18,557 bases of DNA, taken from contig DASVHB010000167.1 in the NCBI GenBank assembly GCA_036379195.1, positions 1-18,557 on the forward strand. Reading direction: 5' to 3'. Positions 1 to 8,867 of this stretch are shown one piece after another (the stretch's first letter is position 1; the number at the start of each line of letters is the position of its first letter). The translations under genes and the position numbers were made by a program. The notes under the pieces are model-generated. The model was given only the letters and a program-made list of their open reading frames with translations. It was not told the origin of the DNA and searched no databases. The DNA is from Pirellulales bacterium (GTDB lineage Bacteria > Planctomycetota > Planctomycetia > Pirellulales > JAICIG01).

Positions 1-189
1 ATAGGTGTGGCCGACCAACGGCGGTGTGGGCCGCGGGCTCGGGTAGAGTTGGGCCGGCGGCGCACCATAACCGGGCACATAATAGTTGTAAAACAGATCG
101 GCGGCCGGAGCAGTCGCGGCGGCGGCCAGTAGCAGCACGGCGGCCATCGCGGCCGGCAGCAAGCGTTGATCATTAGTCGGTCGAGCCAT
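1..189 (-). CDS. 5'-partial (N-terminal 63 codons) small secreted protein; the gene continues beyond the left edge of the window
   Basis: Minus-strand ATG at 189..187 is preceded by a perfect AGGAGG (revcomp of 195-200) with 5-nt spacing. Translation is MARPTNDQRLLPAAMAAVLLLAAAATAPAADLFYNYYVPGYGAPPAQLYPSPRPTPPLVGHTY, a classic signal peptide (positive n-region, Ala/Leu h-region, AxA-like site) followed by a Pro/Tyr-rich mature part. The frame stays open to position 1. It is absent from the ORF track because it has no stop inside the window. Confidence 0.45.
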   Translation of the reverse strand, partial: MARPTNDQRLLPAAMAAVLLLAAAATAPAADLFYNYYVPGYGAPPAQLYPSPRPTPPLVGHTY

Positions 190-446
190 CGGATCCTCCT
201 TGGCTTTTTTTAGTCGGCGAACGGGTCGGAAAGCGCTTCGCAGCCATCTGGCGCGCCGCGCTCAAAACACAATCTCGGCCGCGGCGGACCGGGCCGGCCA
301 GCTTTTGTAGAACGCCCGGCGCAACCGGACGTTGCCGGCATAAGAACCCGCCTGGGAGGGCGGCGGCAAAGCCGTTATAATTGATCGTTACGGCAAATCT
401 TCGCTCAGGAAATGCAGTCAGTCATCAGCATGCAGGGAGGCACAGT

Positions 447-2558
447 TTGGTTAGCGCCAAGACGGCCAAGGCGGCGGAACAAGTGAAACAAGACGACACC
501 GCGGTAATTGACGACGTCGCCGCCAACGGCTCCGGAAACGGCCACGCCGGCAATGGTTCGGCCGCCGGCGACGAGGCGGCGGTTTCGCGCAACGGGCATG
601 CGTCCTCGGGGCGGCGCCGCCGGGCCACCGCCGAGTCGATGGCCGCCAGCCAACGCGATATCTCGGTCAGCGAGTTTTTCGCCAAAAACCGCCATCTGCT
701 CGGTTTCGACAACCCGCGCAAGGCACTGCTGACCACCATCAAAGAGGCCGTCGACAACTCGCTCGACGCATGTGAGGAAGCCGGCATTCTGCCCGAAGTC
801 TGGGTGCACATTGAGACCACCGCCCCAAACCGCTTCAAGGTGGGAGTGCAAGACAACGGGCCGGGCATCTTGAAAAACCAGATCCCCAACATCTTCGGCA
901 AGCTGCTCTACGGTTCGAAGTTTCACCGCCTACGGATGAGCCGCGGCCAGCAGGGCATCGGCATCAGCGCCGCCGGCATGTACGGCGTACTCACGACCGG
1001 CAAGCCGGTGAAGATCATCTCGAAGGTTTCGCCGCGCAAGCCGGCCCACTACTATGAGATTCAAATCGACACCAAGAAGAACAAGCCCGAGATTCTCAAT
1101 GGGCGCGGCGAGGGAGTCGATATTCCGCCCGGCGAGGCGGGCCGCCGCGTGATCGAAAAGCACGGCATCGAGTGGATCGAGCAAGATCACGGCACGCGGG
1201 TGACCATCGAGCTGGAAGCCCGCTACACTCGTGGTCGAGGCAGCGTGGATGAGTACCTCCAACAGACGGCCATCGCCAACCCGCACGTCACGCTGCACTA
1301 TCTCGACCCCGACGGCAACGAAACGCTCTACGAGCGTTCGGCCACCACGCTGCCGCCCGAGCCGAAGGAGATCAAGCCGCATCCGTATGGCGTCGAGCTG
1401 GGCCGCTTGATGACCATGCTCAAAGACACCAAGGCCACGACGCTGTCGCAGTTTTTGACATCGAGCTTTTCGCGGGTCAGCCCGGCGGTGGCCCGCAAGA
1501 TTTGCGAGACCGCCAAGCTGAGCGTGCGGGCCTCGACCACCAAGATCGGCCGGCACGAGGCCGACTCGCTCTATCAGGCCATTCAGCAGACGAAGATCGG
1601 CGCGCCGGCCACCGACTGCCTGGCGCCGATCGGCGAAGAGCTGTTGCTCAAGGGACTGCACAAGGTGGTGCCGGGCGAGTTTTACGTGGCGGCCACGCGT
1701 CCGCCGTCGGTTTATCGCGGCAACCCGTTTGTGGTCGAGGCAGCGTTGGCTTATGGCGGCACCAGCACGGCCCAGAAGGTGTCGCTCGAAGCGCTCACCG
1801 AGCTGTTGGCCGAGAGCGACGCCCGATCGCTGCGGCAGTTTTTGATCAGCACGTTCAACGGTGTCGGGCCGGAAGCGGCCGAAAAGATTCTGACCGAGGC
1901 CAATCTCGGCCAGCGCGTCACGCCGGGCAAATTGAAATCGCCCGACATCGCCAAGCTGCACACCGCCATGCGGTCGGTGAGCCTCGACGAAGGGCAGACG
2001 ATGAACATTCTGCGGTTTGCCAACCGTGTGCCCTTGCAGTTTCAGCCGGGCGCCTGCGCCATAACGCAGACCGTGGTGGGCACCAACTGGCGGGCTTACG
2101 GCTTGAGCCAATCGCGCGGCTCTTTGCCCAGCGGCCCCGTGACCGTCATGGTTCACGTGGCCAGCGTTTGGGTGCCGTTCACCAGCGAGTCGAAAGAGGC
2201 CGTGGCCTCGTATCCCGAGATTCAGAAAGAACTGCGGCTGGCCTTGCAGGCCGTGGGCCGCAAGCTAAGCATGTATCTGCGTCGCCGGCTGCGCGTGAAG
2301 CAAGAAGGCGAGCGGCGGAGCCTTTTCCTGCGATATCTGAACGAAGTCGCCACTGCCGTAAGTGACCTGAACAGCGCCGACCGCGCCGAAATCTATGACA
2401 AGCTGATGGAAGTCGCCAAACGCAAAACGGCGGAGGCCGATGTAAAACTCGACGACCGGGGGCGCAAAATCACGCTGGACGATGAAGAGGATTTCGGAAG
2501 CAATGTGTTAATCATTGAGCAGCCGGAGCAATCACTCCCTGTTGAGACGACCGTTTGA
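447..2558 (+). CDS. top6B: DNA topoisomerase VI subunit B (GHKL/Bergerat-fold ATPase plus transducer), with a low-complexity N-terminal extension
   Basis: Bergerat-fold motifs are seen directly: N-box EAVDNSLDACEE, G1 box VQDNGPGI, G2 box GQQGIGISAAGMYG. The N-terminal SVSEFFAKNRHLLGFDNPRKALLTTIKE matches the archaeal Top6B N-terminus. The track ORF begins at TTG 381, but third-position GC only becomes high (about 85%) from TTG 447, which is preceded by GGGAGG at 435-440. ATG 639 (MAASQRDISVSEFF) is an alternative start that would give an archaeal-length N-terminus. The gene is followed 9 nt later by top6A. Confidence 0.85.
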   Translation: MVSAKTAKAAEQVKQDDTAVIDDVAANGSGNGHAGNGSAAGDEAAVSRNGHASSGRRRRATAESMAASQRDISVSEFFAKNRHLLGFDNPRKALLTTIKEAVDNSLDACEEAGILPEVWVHIETTAPNRFKVGVQDNGPGILKNQIPNIFGKLLYGSKFHRLRMSRGQQGIGISAAGMYGVLTTGKPVKIISKVSPRKPAHYYEIQIDTKKNKPEILNGRGEGVDIPPGEAGRRVIEKHGIEWIEQDHGTRVTIELEARYTRGRGSVDEYLQQTAIANPHVTLHYLDPDGNETLYERSATTLPPEPKEIKPHPYGVELGRLMTMLKDTKATTLSQFLTSSFSRVSPAVARKICETAKLSVRASTTKIGRHEADSLYQAIQQTKIGAPATDCLAPIGEELLLKGLHKVVPGEFYVAATRPPSVYRGNPFVVEAALAYGGTSTAQKVSLEALTELLAESDARSLRQFLISTFNGVGPEAAEKILTEANLGQRVTPGKLKSPDIAKLHTAMRSVSLDEGQTMNILRFANRVPLQFQPGACAITQTVVGTNWRAYGLSQSRGSLPSGPVTVMVHVASVWVPFTSESKEAVASYPEIQKELRLALQAVGRKLSMYLRRRLRVKQEGERRSLFLRYLNEVATAVSDLNSADRAEIYDKLMEVAKRKTAEADVKLDDRGRKITLDDEEDFGSNVLIIEQPEQSLPVETTV

Positions 2559-2567
2559 AAGGATTTC

Positions 2568-3725
2568 ATGGCGAAAAAGCGAAGCACCACCTCCGGCAAA
2601 GCGACTGCGAAATCAGCCGCTGCCCAGCTCACGAAACGCGATAAAAAGACTCTCGGCGACCTGAAAGGGCTCGCCGATGGCGTCGTAGCTGCGGCCGACC
2701 GCAAGCGCGAGCCTTATCTTGAGATTCCCGCTCGCGCGCTGTCGAACGTGCGCTACAACAAGAGCAAGCGGTTCATCGAAATGGGCGGCAACAAAAACCG
2801 CCGGCAGTTGTTCAATGTTTCCCAGGCGAAGGCCTACATGCAGACCATGCTCGTCGCCAGCGGCTGCAAGACATTGATCAATCAGGGCAAGACGAACAGC
2901 ATCCGAGGACTCTTCTATCAACTCAAGCACACCATTGAGGGAACCAAGGAAGAGACGTTCGCCACGCAGGACGAGTGCGACCCGATCATCGAAGACGTCG
3001 AGGTGATGCTCAACAGCCTTCGCGAAGAGCTACACGTATTTGCCTCGAACCGCGGCAACCTTGTCGGTCCCCTGACGCTGATCGACAGCGGCGACGAGAT
3101 CGACTGCTCGCGGATGGGGTCGGCGGGCTACAGCATTCCGTCGATTGTCGAACCCGAAGTGATTCAATTCACGCGCTGCGATGCCAAGTTCATCCTGCAC
3201 GTCGAAAAAGACACCGTGTGGCGTCGCTTCAACGAAGATAAGTTCTGGAAGGAACACCAGTGCCTGCTTACCCACGGCAACGGCCAGCCGCCGCGCGGCG
3301 TGCGCCGCATGCTCTCGCGGCTGCACCGCGAGTTCAATTTGCCGGTTTATTGCCTGCTCGATAACGATCCCTGGGGCTATTACATTTACAGCGTCATCAA
3401 GCAGGGATCGATCAACCTGGCGTTCGAGTCAACGCGGATGGCCATTCCCGACGCCAAATACATCGGGCTGCGGGCAGGCGACTTCGAGCAATGTAAGCTC
3501 TCGAACAGCGTGAAGATCGCCATGAATGAAACCGATATCAAGCGCGCCAAGCAGATCGCCAGTTACCCTTGGTTCGCGGGTCACAAAGGGTGGCAGAAAG
3601 AGATTCAGAGACTGTTGTCCAACGGCTTTAAGCTTGAAGTCGAGTCGCTGGTGAGCAAGGACATCAGTTACGTAACCGAAGAGTATGTACCGGCGCGGCT
3701 GAAAGACAAAGACTGGCTCGATTGA
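2568..3725 (+). CDS. top6A: DNA topoisomerase VI subunit A (Spo11/Top6A; winged-helix 5Y-CAP plus Toprim)
   Basis: Spo11-type catalytic tyrosine motif RGLFYQLKHT...FATQDECDPIIEDV. Toprim glutamate in ILHVEKDTVW and the DxD motif in CLLDNDPWGYYIYSV. SD-like AAAGGA lies upstream of ATG 2568. The gene sits immediately downstream of top6B in the same orientation. Confidence 0.9.
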   Translation: MAKKRSTTSGKATAKSAAAQLTKRDKKTLGDLKGLADGVVAAADRKREPYLEIPARALSNVRYNKSKRFIEMGGNKNRRQLFNVSQAKAYMQTMLVASGCKTLINQGKTNSIRGLFYQLKHTIEGTKEETFATQDECDPIIEDVEVMLNSLREELHVFASNRGNLVGPLTLIDSGDEIDCSRMGSAGYSIPSIVEPEVIQFTRCDAKFILHVEKDTVWRRFNEDKFWKEHQCLLTHGNGQPPRGVRRMLSRLHREFNLPVYCLLDNDPWGYYIYSVIKQGSINLAFESTRMAIPDAKYIGLRAGDFEQCKLSNSVKIAMNETDIKRAKQIASYPWFAGHKGWQKEIQRLLSNGFKLEVESLVSKDISYVTEEYVPARLKDKDWLD

Positions 3726-3729
3726 GAGA

Positions 3730-4403
3730 TCATGACGGATTGCCCGGTGAGTTCAAGAACCGCTCGCGCACCCAGACGCGGAACTTGCGAATCCAGGCGG
3801 TTTCATCCGCCGCCGCTTCAAATTCCAGAAACGGCTCGAGGTCTTTCACCCGCAGCATCGGCAGGTTCAAGCTAAACTCGCGTTCGACGTACTTGCCATC
3901 GGCGGCAAGCGAGTAAGCGGTCAATCCGCTTTTACGCCATCGCCACACTTCCGGAACGCCCAAGGCGGCATAGATCTGCATCCGCTTCAGAGCGCTGCGG
4001 CTGACCTCCGTCTCGACCGCCAGGTCGGGCGGAGGATCGACTTCCAGATCGACTTCGCGGCGTTGGCAGACGCGATGGTGGTTGAGAATGTAGTAGCATC
4101 CGTCCGGCTCAAGCGCCTTCTTGAGGTTTGCGCATTTCCAGGTGGTCGATCCTAAACTACGCCGTGGAATTCCCATCTCCTCGGTGAATGCTTGGATCAT
4201 CTGACAGATCAATTCCCTGATTGCTTCGTGATTGCACGAGGGGCTCTTGAGTTCCAAGGCTCCCTGATCGTAGGTCATGCGATCGTCCAATTCTCCTCCT
4301 TCTCGCGCAACTGCTCATACAGTTCCCAGGAGATGCCGTACAGCACGATCCGGCGATCGTCATCGACAGTGGCTTTTTCAGCAGGTTTTTCAACAGTCGC
4401 CAT
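3730..4403 (-). pseudogene. Uma2-family (DUF820) putative endonuclease gene split by a single frameshift near 4290-4300
   Basis: The C-terminal 186-aa ORF (3730..4290) carries Uma2-like segments [20 protein letters not shown] and [10 protein letters not shown]...[15 protein letters not shown]. The cognate N-terminus is in another frame: ATG 4403..4401 gives [42 protein letters not shown], with a stop at 4277..4275. The Uma2 consensus (ISWExYExL...LEIMSP) is restored by joining the frames inside the CTCCTCCTT run at about 4291-4300. GC is about 52%, lower than the flanking genes. Confidence 0.7.
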
Positions 4404-4550
4404 ACCAGGCCCTCAGTTAAGGCGAAACGGCAATCAGACCTTCAGCTTTGCCACAGACTCTCTCATGAGCCTATCACCGCTGGAGAGGGGAAACAAGAAT
4501 TCGGCGCAATTGCCGGAGTCAAGCCGCGTGTGGAAACGCCAGGCGACCGC

Positions 4551-5303
4551 TTAGTAGCGCGCACCGGCCGGATTGCCGTTGACCATGCGAGTGCCGGTGC
4601 TGGTGGTTAGCGGCGCGGGATTCAGATCGCTTTGCAGCGAGGCGACCCGCGCGGCTACGTCGGGCTGAAAGCGGTTGTTCCAGAGTGACCGCTGATAGTT
4701 GGCCAGCGCCTGGTTCGGATCGCCCGAACGCTCGCGCAGCCGGCCCAGAGCGGCCCAGGCGCGCGAGTCGCGCGGATCGACCGTGAGGGCTTCTTGCAGA
4801 TATTCTTCGGCATTCTTGTATTTGCCATATTCTTCCGAAAGTCGGGCAAGCTCGACTTTAGGCGCGGCGGCCGAGGGCTTCTTGTTGGCCCAGCCTTCCA
4901 GCAGCCGGAAGGCTTCGTCGTTGCGTCCCTCGTCGGCCAAGAGCACCGCCAGCCCGCGATAGCATTCGCGGTGGTTGTTGTCTCGATCGCGGTCGAGGCA
5001 TTGATTGTAGAGATCTTCGGCTTGCTTCAGGTCTTGTTCGTTCTTGGTCTGCCGCCCGATCAGATGATAGGTGGCGGCCAGGTTGTAATAGCCATCGGCG
5101 TTCTGGGGGTCGCTGGCGATCGCCTTTTGAAAGCGCTCGATGGCCTGCGGAAACGAACCCTGCTGATAGAGCCGCACGCCCTCGGCGTTTTGCCCGTGCG
5201 CCACGAGCCCGCAGCCGCTCATCCCCGCCAGTGTTGCGGCCAGGGCGCAGCAACAGGCCGCGTAGGCGTGTCTCGTCGGCGATGTTTGGCGGTGGTCGAT
5301 CAC
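4551..5303 (-). CDS. TPR-repeat lipoprotein
   Basis: Several TPR-like repeats are present (YYNLAATYHLIGR, AEDLYNQCL, AFRLLEGWA, AEEYLQEALTVDP, AWAALGRLRERSGDPNQALANYQRSL). The likely start is GTG 5303..5301, giving MIDHRQTSPTRHAYAACCCALAATLAGMSGC, a signal peptide with a lipobox-like LAGMSGC. The 316-aa track ORF (to 5501) is probably over-extended at its 5' end. Confidence 0.65.
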   Translation of the reverse strand: MIDHRQTSPTRHAYAACCCALAATLAGMSGCGLVAHGQNAEGVRLYQQGSFPQAIERFQKAIASDPQNADGYYNLAATYHLIGRQTKNEQDLKQAEDLYNQCLDRDRDNNHRECYRGLAVLLADEGRNDEAFRLLEGWANKKPSAAAPKVELARLSEEYGKYKNAEEYLQEALTVDPRDSRAWAALGRLRERSGDPNQALANYQRSLWNNRFQPDVAARVASLQSDLNPAPLTTSTGTRMVNGNPAGARY

Positions 5304-5673
5304 GAGTCTGGACGCGAACCTCAGACGGCCGCGGCTCCGGGCCGCGTGCTTTCGAGATGCTGCCGGCCGCGGGCCGGAGCGATTACGACGGAAACGGGGT
5401 AGAAAAGCCACGGGAAGGTAGCGTTTGTCGGCGGTGGCGGCAAGGCCAAGATCTCTTGCCTCGAGTGGTTCCGCATGCAGCCCCCCTTCAACAGCGGTCA
5501 ATAGCGAGCTGGTCGCAACTGACCTTGTCGTTGGCCGGCAAAGCTCGCTATCATTCGCCGCCTTTCAAGCTGCCGGACGACCTTGCGCGCCCGGCGATGC
5601 CGCGGCGTTGGCCGCACCAATCGAAACGAGCAACATGGAAGTTGCCAATCCAGCGAAGGGAGTCGATCGGCTC

Positions 5674-6471
5674 ATGCAATCGTCGACCATGGTGGCGCTG
5701 CGCACGATGGTCATGGTCACCTGCCTGGTGGCGGTGCCGTTGGCGGCCGTGATTGGCACCGCCCTGCCTAAAGTGCTCAAATCAGCCTGGCAGGGACAGC
5801 CGGTGGCGGTCTCGCAGGAAAAAGAAGAATCGCCCGGCATGACGCGCGCGCAAGAGCCGCCGCCATTGGCGCACGCTCCGCTGTTGGCGGACGAACCTGG
5901 CCAGACAGCGCCGACGGTTGCCGCCGACGAGGCGCCGCCAATTTCCGCGGCGCCGCTCGCTCGAATCACCGCGGTTCGCCCCGCCCCCGCCGACCCCGTG
6001 GCGATCATTACCGACGTGCGACCGGTATCGTCTGGCGAGATCGCGCAGACCGCGCCGCTGTGGAACGCCTCGCCGCGCAGCGCTCGCTCGTCGGCAACTC
6101 GCCAGACGACAGCCCACTCGCTGACTGCTCGCCCCTTGCTAAAGACCGATTATTCACCGCCGTCTCCAACGACAGCGCGTGCGACGACGGTAGGCGCCGA
6201 CGACGCGCCGCTGGCAAGCCTCGAGCGGCCTGCCGGGCCGAACGACTCGTTTGCTCGCAGCGAGCGGCGGCTCCGCGAACTGGGAGCTCCGCATTACCGG
6301 CTCGAGACGTGGGGTTCGCAGGGCGAACTCTATCGCTGCACGTGCAACATCCCTGTACGCCCACGCAGCGCAGCCGCCCGGCACTTCGAAAGCATCGAGC
6401 CGGCGCCGTCAGCGGCCATCGATGCCGTGATCCGACAGGTCGAGCATTGGCGTGCCGAGCAAAGGCGTTAA
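5674..6471 (+). CDS. Hypothetical Pro/Ala-rich membrane-anchored protein (start uncertain; 5635 and 5425 are in-frame alternatives)
   Basis: The frame shows high third-position GC from about 5635 onward. An N-terminal hydrophobic helix (MQSSTMVALRTMVMVTCLVAVPLAAVIGTA) is preceded by AAGGGAG at about 5652-5658. A long Pro/Ala/Thr-rich linker leads to a C-terminal block HYRLETWGSQGELYRCTCNIPVRPRSAAARHFESIEPAPSAAIDAVIRQVEHWRAE. I recognise no family confidently. Confidence 0.4.
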   Translation: MQSSTMVALRTMVMVTCLVAVPLAAVIGTALPKVLKSAWQGQPVAVSQEKEESPGMTRAQEPPPLAHAPLLADEPGQTAPTVAADEAPPISAAPLARITAVRPAPADPVAIITDVRPVSSGEIAQTAPLWNASPRSARSSATRQTTAHSLTARPLLKTDYSPPSPTTARATTVGADDAPLASLERPAGPNDSFARSERRLRELGAPHYRLETWGSQGELYRCTCNIPVRPRSAAARHFESIEPAPSAAIDAVIRQVEHWRAEQRR

Positions 6472-6570
6472 GGACCTTCGCCAGCGGCCGCATGGGCTGC
6501 GGCCGACGCGCCTTCATGATGGTGCGCGGGAACGCTCAGCAATCGACGCTCGACGCGCTGCTTGCCATGT

Positions 6571-7053
6571 TTAAAGGCCGTTGATTTTGCGGTCGGCCCG
6601 CCAATAGCTCGGTCCGTAGGGCGTCGCACCCATAATGAACTGCCTGCCGGAGGACGAACCGGAGTTGCCCCGGCTATACGTGGCGCGAGGCACGGCCAGT
6701 CGTTCGGAAGGATCGAAAGAATAACGGCGCACGCGCCGCGGCTGCGTGGCAAATTGCTGCGGCGTCAGTGCTCGCTCGCTCCAAACCCAGCCGGTTCGCT
6801 CTTGGCCGTCGACCGACACGCGGCCGCCCACCCACGGACCCTTGATTTGAATCACCGTGAGTCGCTGCCCGCGAGACAGGGTGAGCAAAGTGTCGCTACC
6901 GATTTTCAACGGTGTTCCGTTCTCGCTCACCACAGCTTCATCGCCCGGTTGCAACGCCGCGGCCGGTGCGGCATCGCTGTGCGAGCTCATGATGACGGCA
7001 AGGGCCACGGCGCCGGCGGCCGCTGCCACGATTCTGCGATTCATTTTGCGCAT
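6571..7053 (-). CDS. Secreted protein with a bacterial SH3-like domain
   Basis: Signal peptide MRKMNRRIVAAAAGAVALAVIMSSHSDAAPAAA. The segment GDEAVVSENGTPLKIGSDTLLTLSRGQRLTVIQIKGPWVGGRVSVDGQERTGWVWSERAL resembles the SH3b fold pattern. An unusually AT-rich stretch lies directly upstream (7054-7100). Confidence 0.55.
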   Translation of the reverse strand: MRKMNRRIVAAAAGAVALAVIMSSHSDAAPAAALQPGDEAVVSENGTPLKIGSDTLLTLSRGQRLTVIQIKGPWVGGRVSVDGQERTGWVWSERALTPQQFATQPRRVRRYSFDPSERLAVPRATYSRGNSGSSSGRQFIMGATPYGPSYWRADRKINGL

Positions 7054-7100
7054 AAAGATATCATTTTTAGATCGTTTAGATTTAATTCATCGAGCGCCGT
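7054..7100 (-). promoter_or_regulatory. AT-rich putative promoter region for the SH3-like gene, with a tandem ATCTAAA motif
   Basis: A local GC drop (cataaagatatcatttttagatcgtttagatttaattcatcg) in an otherwise 65-70% GC context. The minus strand reads ...TAAATCTAAACGATCTAAAAATGATATCTTTATG, with two ATCTAAA copies 3 nt apart. No confident -10/-35 assignment was made. Confidence 0.25.
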
Positions 7101-7402
7101 GGCGCGGGAGTGATCGCGTGCGAATGGCCTCAGGGGCGCCGCGCTCGGAGGCGAATGAGGCTTCAACTCCGTCGAACGCGGCGCGCCTTGACGGGGTTTG
7201 ATGCACGGACCGTGCCGCGGTTGGAACTGACGCTCGAATCGCGTCACAAATGCCGCATAGGTAATGGGTTGTGCCACCCGCCCCGGCGCGGATGCACAGC
7301 TTGCGAATTGGCCGCCCGCGCCGGGTTTCCGTCGAATGCGCTGATTTTCCGGCGCATCTCGCTGGGTGTGCCAAGCGGAGCGTCGGGGCGATCCGCGCTC
7401 GA

Positions 7403-8836
7403 TCAGGAATCGGCAATGCCGCGTTCTTGCTCCGACGCCGCCAGCCCGTGCTTTTGCACTTTGTCGTATAGCGTGGCGCGCGGCAGCCCGAGCAGCTTGG
7501 CGGCTTTGGCCAGATTGCCGTGTGTGCGTTCGAGTGCCATGCCGATCAGGCGTTGCTCGATCAGCGCGACAAACTGTTCGTACGCGCCGGGACCGCCCTG
7601 CGTATGAAGGAACCGCTCGACCAGTCCGCGCAGCGCCTCGTCGGCATCGAAGGGCGAACCTGGCTGCTCGGAGCCGGCGAGGGCTTGCTTCACGTCGTCG
7701 GCCTGAATCGGATGGCCGCCGGTGAAAATCAGCAGTCGCTGAATGCAGTGTTCCAGTTCTCGCACGTTGCCCGGCCACGAGTAATTTTGCAATTGCTCGC
7801 GCGCGTCGTCCGAAAGCGGCGGTACGGCGATTTTCATCTCGCGCGCGAATCGTTCGAGAAAAAAATCGGTCAAGCGCGCGACATCATCGCGCCGCTCGCG
7901 CAACGGCGGCAGGCGAACGGTAACCACGTTCAGGCGGTGATAAAGATCTTCGCGAAACCGTCCTTCGGCGATCGCCTGCTCCAGGTTCCGGTTGGTGGCG
8001 CTGAGCAGCCGCACATCGACGCGAATGGTGTCGTTGCTACCCACGCGCTGCAGGCTGCGGTCTTGCAGGACGCGCAGCAGCTTGGCCTGCACCGAGGGCG
8101 AGATGTCGCCGATTTCGTCGAGCAGCAACGTGCCGCCATCGGCCTGCTCGAGTTTGCCGATGCGCTGCACGTAGGCCCCAGTGAAGGCCCCGCGCTCGTA
8201 GCCGAACAGCTCAGCTTCGAGCAACGACTCGGGGATGGCCGCGCAATTGACCACGTACAACGGCCGCTCGGCCCGGCGGCTGTGCTGATAAATGGCCCGG
8301 GCCACCAGCTCCTTGCCCGTGCCCGACTCGCCGCGGATCAGCACGGTGGCGTCAGTGGCGGCCACGCGCCCCACCAGCTTATACACCGCCTGCATGATGG
8401 GGCTTTGGCCGACCAGCGCGTCATGTCTGGGATCGACCGCCTCCGGATCCAACGCCACTTGCCGGTCCATGAGCCTTGCGCCCTGCACGGCCCGCTCGAC
8501 CAGCCGCAACATGCCTTCGGGGTCGAAGGGTTTTAGCTCATACTCAAACGCCCCGCGTTTGGTGGCTTCGATCGCCGTATCGACGGTCCCTTGGCCGGTC
8601 ATCACAATTACCGGCAGCCGCGGGTGGCGTTGCTTGATGCGGCTGAGCGCCTCGAGCCCGTCCATGCCTGGCATACACACGTCGAGAATCACCGCGTCCG
8701 GCGACTCGCGTTCGATCAGATCGAGAGCGGCCTGGCCATGCCGCGCGCTGACGACGTCGTGCCCATGCACCGAAAGCAGTTTTTCGAACGCCGCCAGCAC
8801 GTTCGCTTCGTCGTCGACCACGAGAACTTTACTCAC
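7403..8836 (-). CDS. Sigma-54-dependent response regulator (NtrC family: REC, AAA+ sigma54-activator and Fis-type HTH domains)
   Basis: REC domain with the phospho-acceptor context VLVVDDEANV...AVILDVCMPGMDGLE. AAA+ Walker A GESGTGKELVARAIH-like (GESGTGKELVARAIYQHS). GAFTGA sigma54-contact motif ERGAFTGA. Walker B/arginine region LLLDEIGDIS. C-terminal HTH NLAKAAKLLGLPRATLYDKVQKHGL. Confidence 0.93.
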   Translation of the reverse strand: MSKVLVVDDEANVLAAFEKLLSVHGHDVVSARHGQAALDLIERESPDAVILDVCMPGMDGLEALSRIKQRHPRLPVIVMTGQGTVDTAIEATKRGAFEYELKPFDPEGMLRLVERAVQGARLMDRQVALDPEAVDPRHDALVGQSPIMQAVYKLVGRVAATDATVLIRGESGTGKELVARAIYQHSRRAERPLYVVNCAAIPESLLEAELFGYERGAFTGAYVQRIGKLEQADGGTLLLDEIGDISPSVQAKLLRVLQDRSLQRVGSNDTIRVDVRLLSATNRNLEQAIAEGRFREDLYHRLNVVTVRLPPLRERRDDVARLTDFFLERFAREMKIAVPPLSDDAREQLQNYSWPGNVRELEHCIQRLLIFTGGHPIQADDVKQALAGSEQPGSPFDADEALRGLVERFLHTQGGPGAYEQFVALIEQRLIGMALERTHGNLAKAAKLLGLPRATLYDKVQKHGLAASEQERGIADS

Positions 8837-8867
8837 CGCATCGCCTCGATGCCAAATCGCGAGAGAA

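Noticed and set aside
930-2156. 408-aa ORF antisense to top6B, plus 1502..2365 (+) in another frame
   Set aside because: Arg/Ala/Gly-rich low-complexity translations that overlap a gene with unmistakable GHKL motifs. These are the usual high-GC antisense or off-frame open frames.
7041-7778. 245-aa Arg-rich ORF on the minus strand
   Set aside because: Alternate frame overlapping the 3' end of the response regulator gene and the intergenic region. The composition (R/A/S/P) is typical of a GC-rich frame artefact.
7520-8536. 338-aa ORF on the plus strand
   Set aside because: Fully antisense to the sigma54 response regulator, which has clear REC, AAA+ and HTH motifs. No recognisable motifs.
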